36,928 nucleotides of DNA from Octopus bimaculoides (taxonomy: Eukaryota), in NCBI RefSeq assembly GCF_001194135.2, contig NC_068981.1, positions 169,988,326 to 170,025,253 of the forward strand. The letters run 5' to 3'. This document shows, piece after piece, positions 35,208 through 36,928 of this stretch. The notes beneath the pieces are model-generated. The model saw only the letters and a program-made list of their open reading frames with translations. It did no database searches and was not told where the DNA came from. Within the stretch, counting starts at the first letter, position 1, and the number at the start of each line of letters is the position of its first letter. The position numbers and the translations under genes were made by a program.

Positions 35208-36742
35208 ATGAATCTACCAAAATTACTCTTGTAATAGTTATTCCATCTCAGTCACATCACTTTGCACAAACGTTGAATAAACAATTCAATAATACGAAAT
35301 CGATAAAATAAACACCAGGTATATTACTAAGAATTATATAACTCACAAAAATTCTCTGAGGTTTCGACTTGATAGAAACAGCAGCGAAATGTCATTTATA
35401 TCACACACCTAGTTTAAAGTAGTCTAAGATACGCCATCTAACAAAAGCAAACTAGAACGTTGATGGAAGAAATGTTTTGGTAGTTTGATGGCTGACTCTG
35501 GGCTAAATGACCAACAATAGCCTAGCGGAGCGTCAAGTAGTATTTATTTCACTGTACGTCACATCCAACTACACCAGTGCTTTATAAACCGTTTAACTAT
35601 CGCTACGTTCCTAATACTATCACTCTTTAAAGTCTCCTTCTTGCTATTCATTACCCTCTCTTCATCATTTTTAATGTTTATATACTTAATATTAGGTCAG
35701 ATTAATTTAATTTTAGTTACTTGTTCGGTGATTTGTCCCCAAATTAAATATGTTGTCTCCGTTTAATTCAAGTGTTTATTCTTTGTGATTTACATATGCA
35801 CCCTGCACCGACCAGCTGGAATATATTTTATATTTCCATTTCTACTATATTTTCTATATGTTCAAACATATTGTTCTGCCTAGTGAGTATGTATGTATTT
35901 ATGTATGTTATATATGTTTGAGCGTACGTGTGTATGTATGCATATGAATGTTTATGTATATATGTGTATATATATATACTCACTGCACACACATACACGT
36001 ACACAAAAACAAACGCATATCTCATTGCCTAATGCTACAGTATAAGTGGCCGTTTTCCTTGCGTGTATAGAAACACCTTCACATTTTGAATCATTTTATT
36101 ATATTTAGCTTTAGTATTTTTCATAAGTTATATGCTTCGATGGTATTTATCCTGCTTTTGTTTACCGTCTGCATTTCAAAGTCTTTATTACTATTGATGT
36201 GGTTCTTGTTATTACCGTTTCATTGTTTGTGTTTAAGAAGCAAATTATCACAATATTACATCATTTTCTTTTGAATTACTATTTAAATAGATAATGATTA
36301 GGAAATCGGTAAAAATACATACTAAATCCCACTTTCTATATCTTCTCCTGGGCAGGGACCAAATTCATTCAATTCGAAAAATCTTGGTCTGCACCATCCT
36401 AGGTAATTAGTATAAGGAGAGAGTAAGATACATGCCTCAGGTGAGAAAATCAAGCAAGAACATATTTAGACGACTACGTGTAACATATTTGTGTTAAGAC
36501 TTTGTACTGATATACATACATACATACATACATATATATATATATATTTGCTTATGTATTTATTTATCTTAAATGGCTTTCAGATTCTTATGTTTAGATA
36601 ATCGGAGAATCAGAATCTTATAATGTAAGAAAAAAAAAAAAAATTAAATAAGAATAATTTTTTTAAAGCAATTTCCATTTAAATCAGAAATTTAAGAGGG
36701 CCGAGGTTCTTGAAGATGCAGAAATTTACTTTTTGTATATGT

Positions 36743-36928
36743 AAATATATTTCGTTTGCATATTTCAAATATATAAATATAATTTGTTTGCATTTCTAAT
36801 TACATTTTCATTCTTAATAAATCGATAGTAAAGCAACAACATTTGAAATTTTCAGAAAGTGAAGCAATTAAAACATTCAAATACAAACGAAATATATTTA
36901 TACAATTCAAATGCAAACGAATATATTT
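36743..36928. repeat. Inverted repeat built from two ~30-bp subunits per arm; runs off the window edge
   Basis: The unit AAATATATTTCGTTTGCAT(A)TTT occurs twice at 36743-36796 and twice in reverse complement at 36878-36928. Confidence 0.7.

Noticed and set aside
1-36928. CRISPR array, prokaryotic operon or defence system
   Set aside because: No repeat-spacer array and no gene-dense coding DNA; the content is eukaryotic TE and microsatellite sequence.

Overview
AT-rich eukaryotic (metazoan) non-coding DNA, saturated with microsatellites and broken by six N-gaps. The SINE families, the microsatellite load and the gaps at repeats suggest a cephalopod, probably an Octopus short-read scaffold (inference). 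I find no intact protein-coding gene. The long ORFs in the track are mostly translations of simple repeats or N-runs; a few overlap decayed transposon reading frames. The window holds layered transposon fossils: (1) a full-length but dead mariner (29715-31220) with both TIRs and TA TSDs, interrupted by a SINE at its second catalytic Asp; (2) three decayed Penelope-like fragments; (3) an RLE-type (R4/Dong-like) LINE fragment; (4) about a dozen tRNA-derived SINE or short-retroposon copies and fragments, several with readable TSDs; (5) two complete foldback MITEs plus a partial inverted repeat at the right edge. The most striking object is a 595-bp, apparently young MITE (34167-34761) with perfect 37-bp TIRs and an 8-bp TSD. 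Its centre is a (CCCTAA)7/(TTAGGG)7 telomeric palindrome, flanked by 72-bp mirror arms that each carry a CCAAT box and a CRE-like site. Weaker candidates include regulatory clusters, orphan exons and a possible TSS near 26.3 kb.
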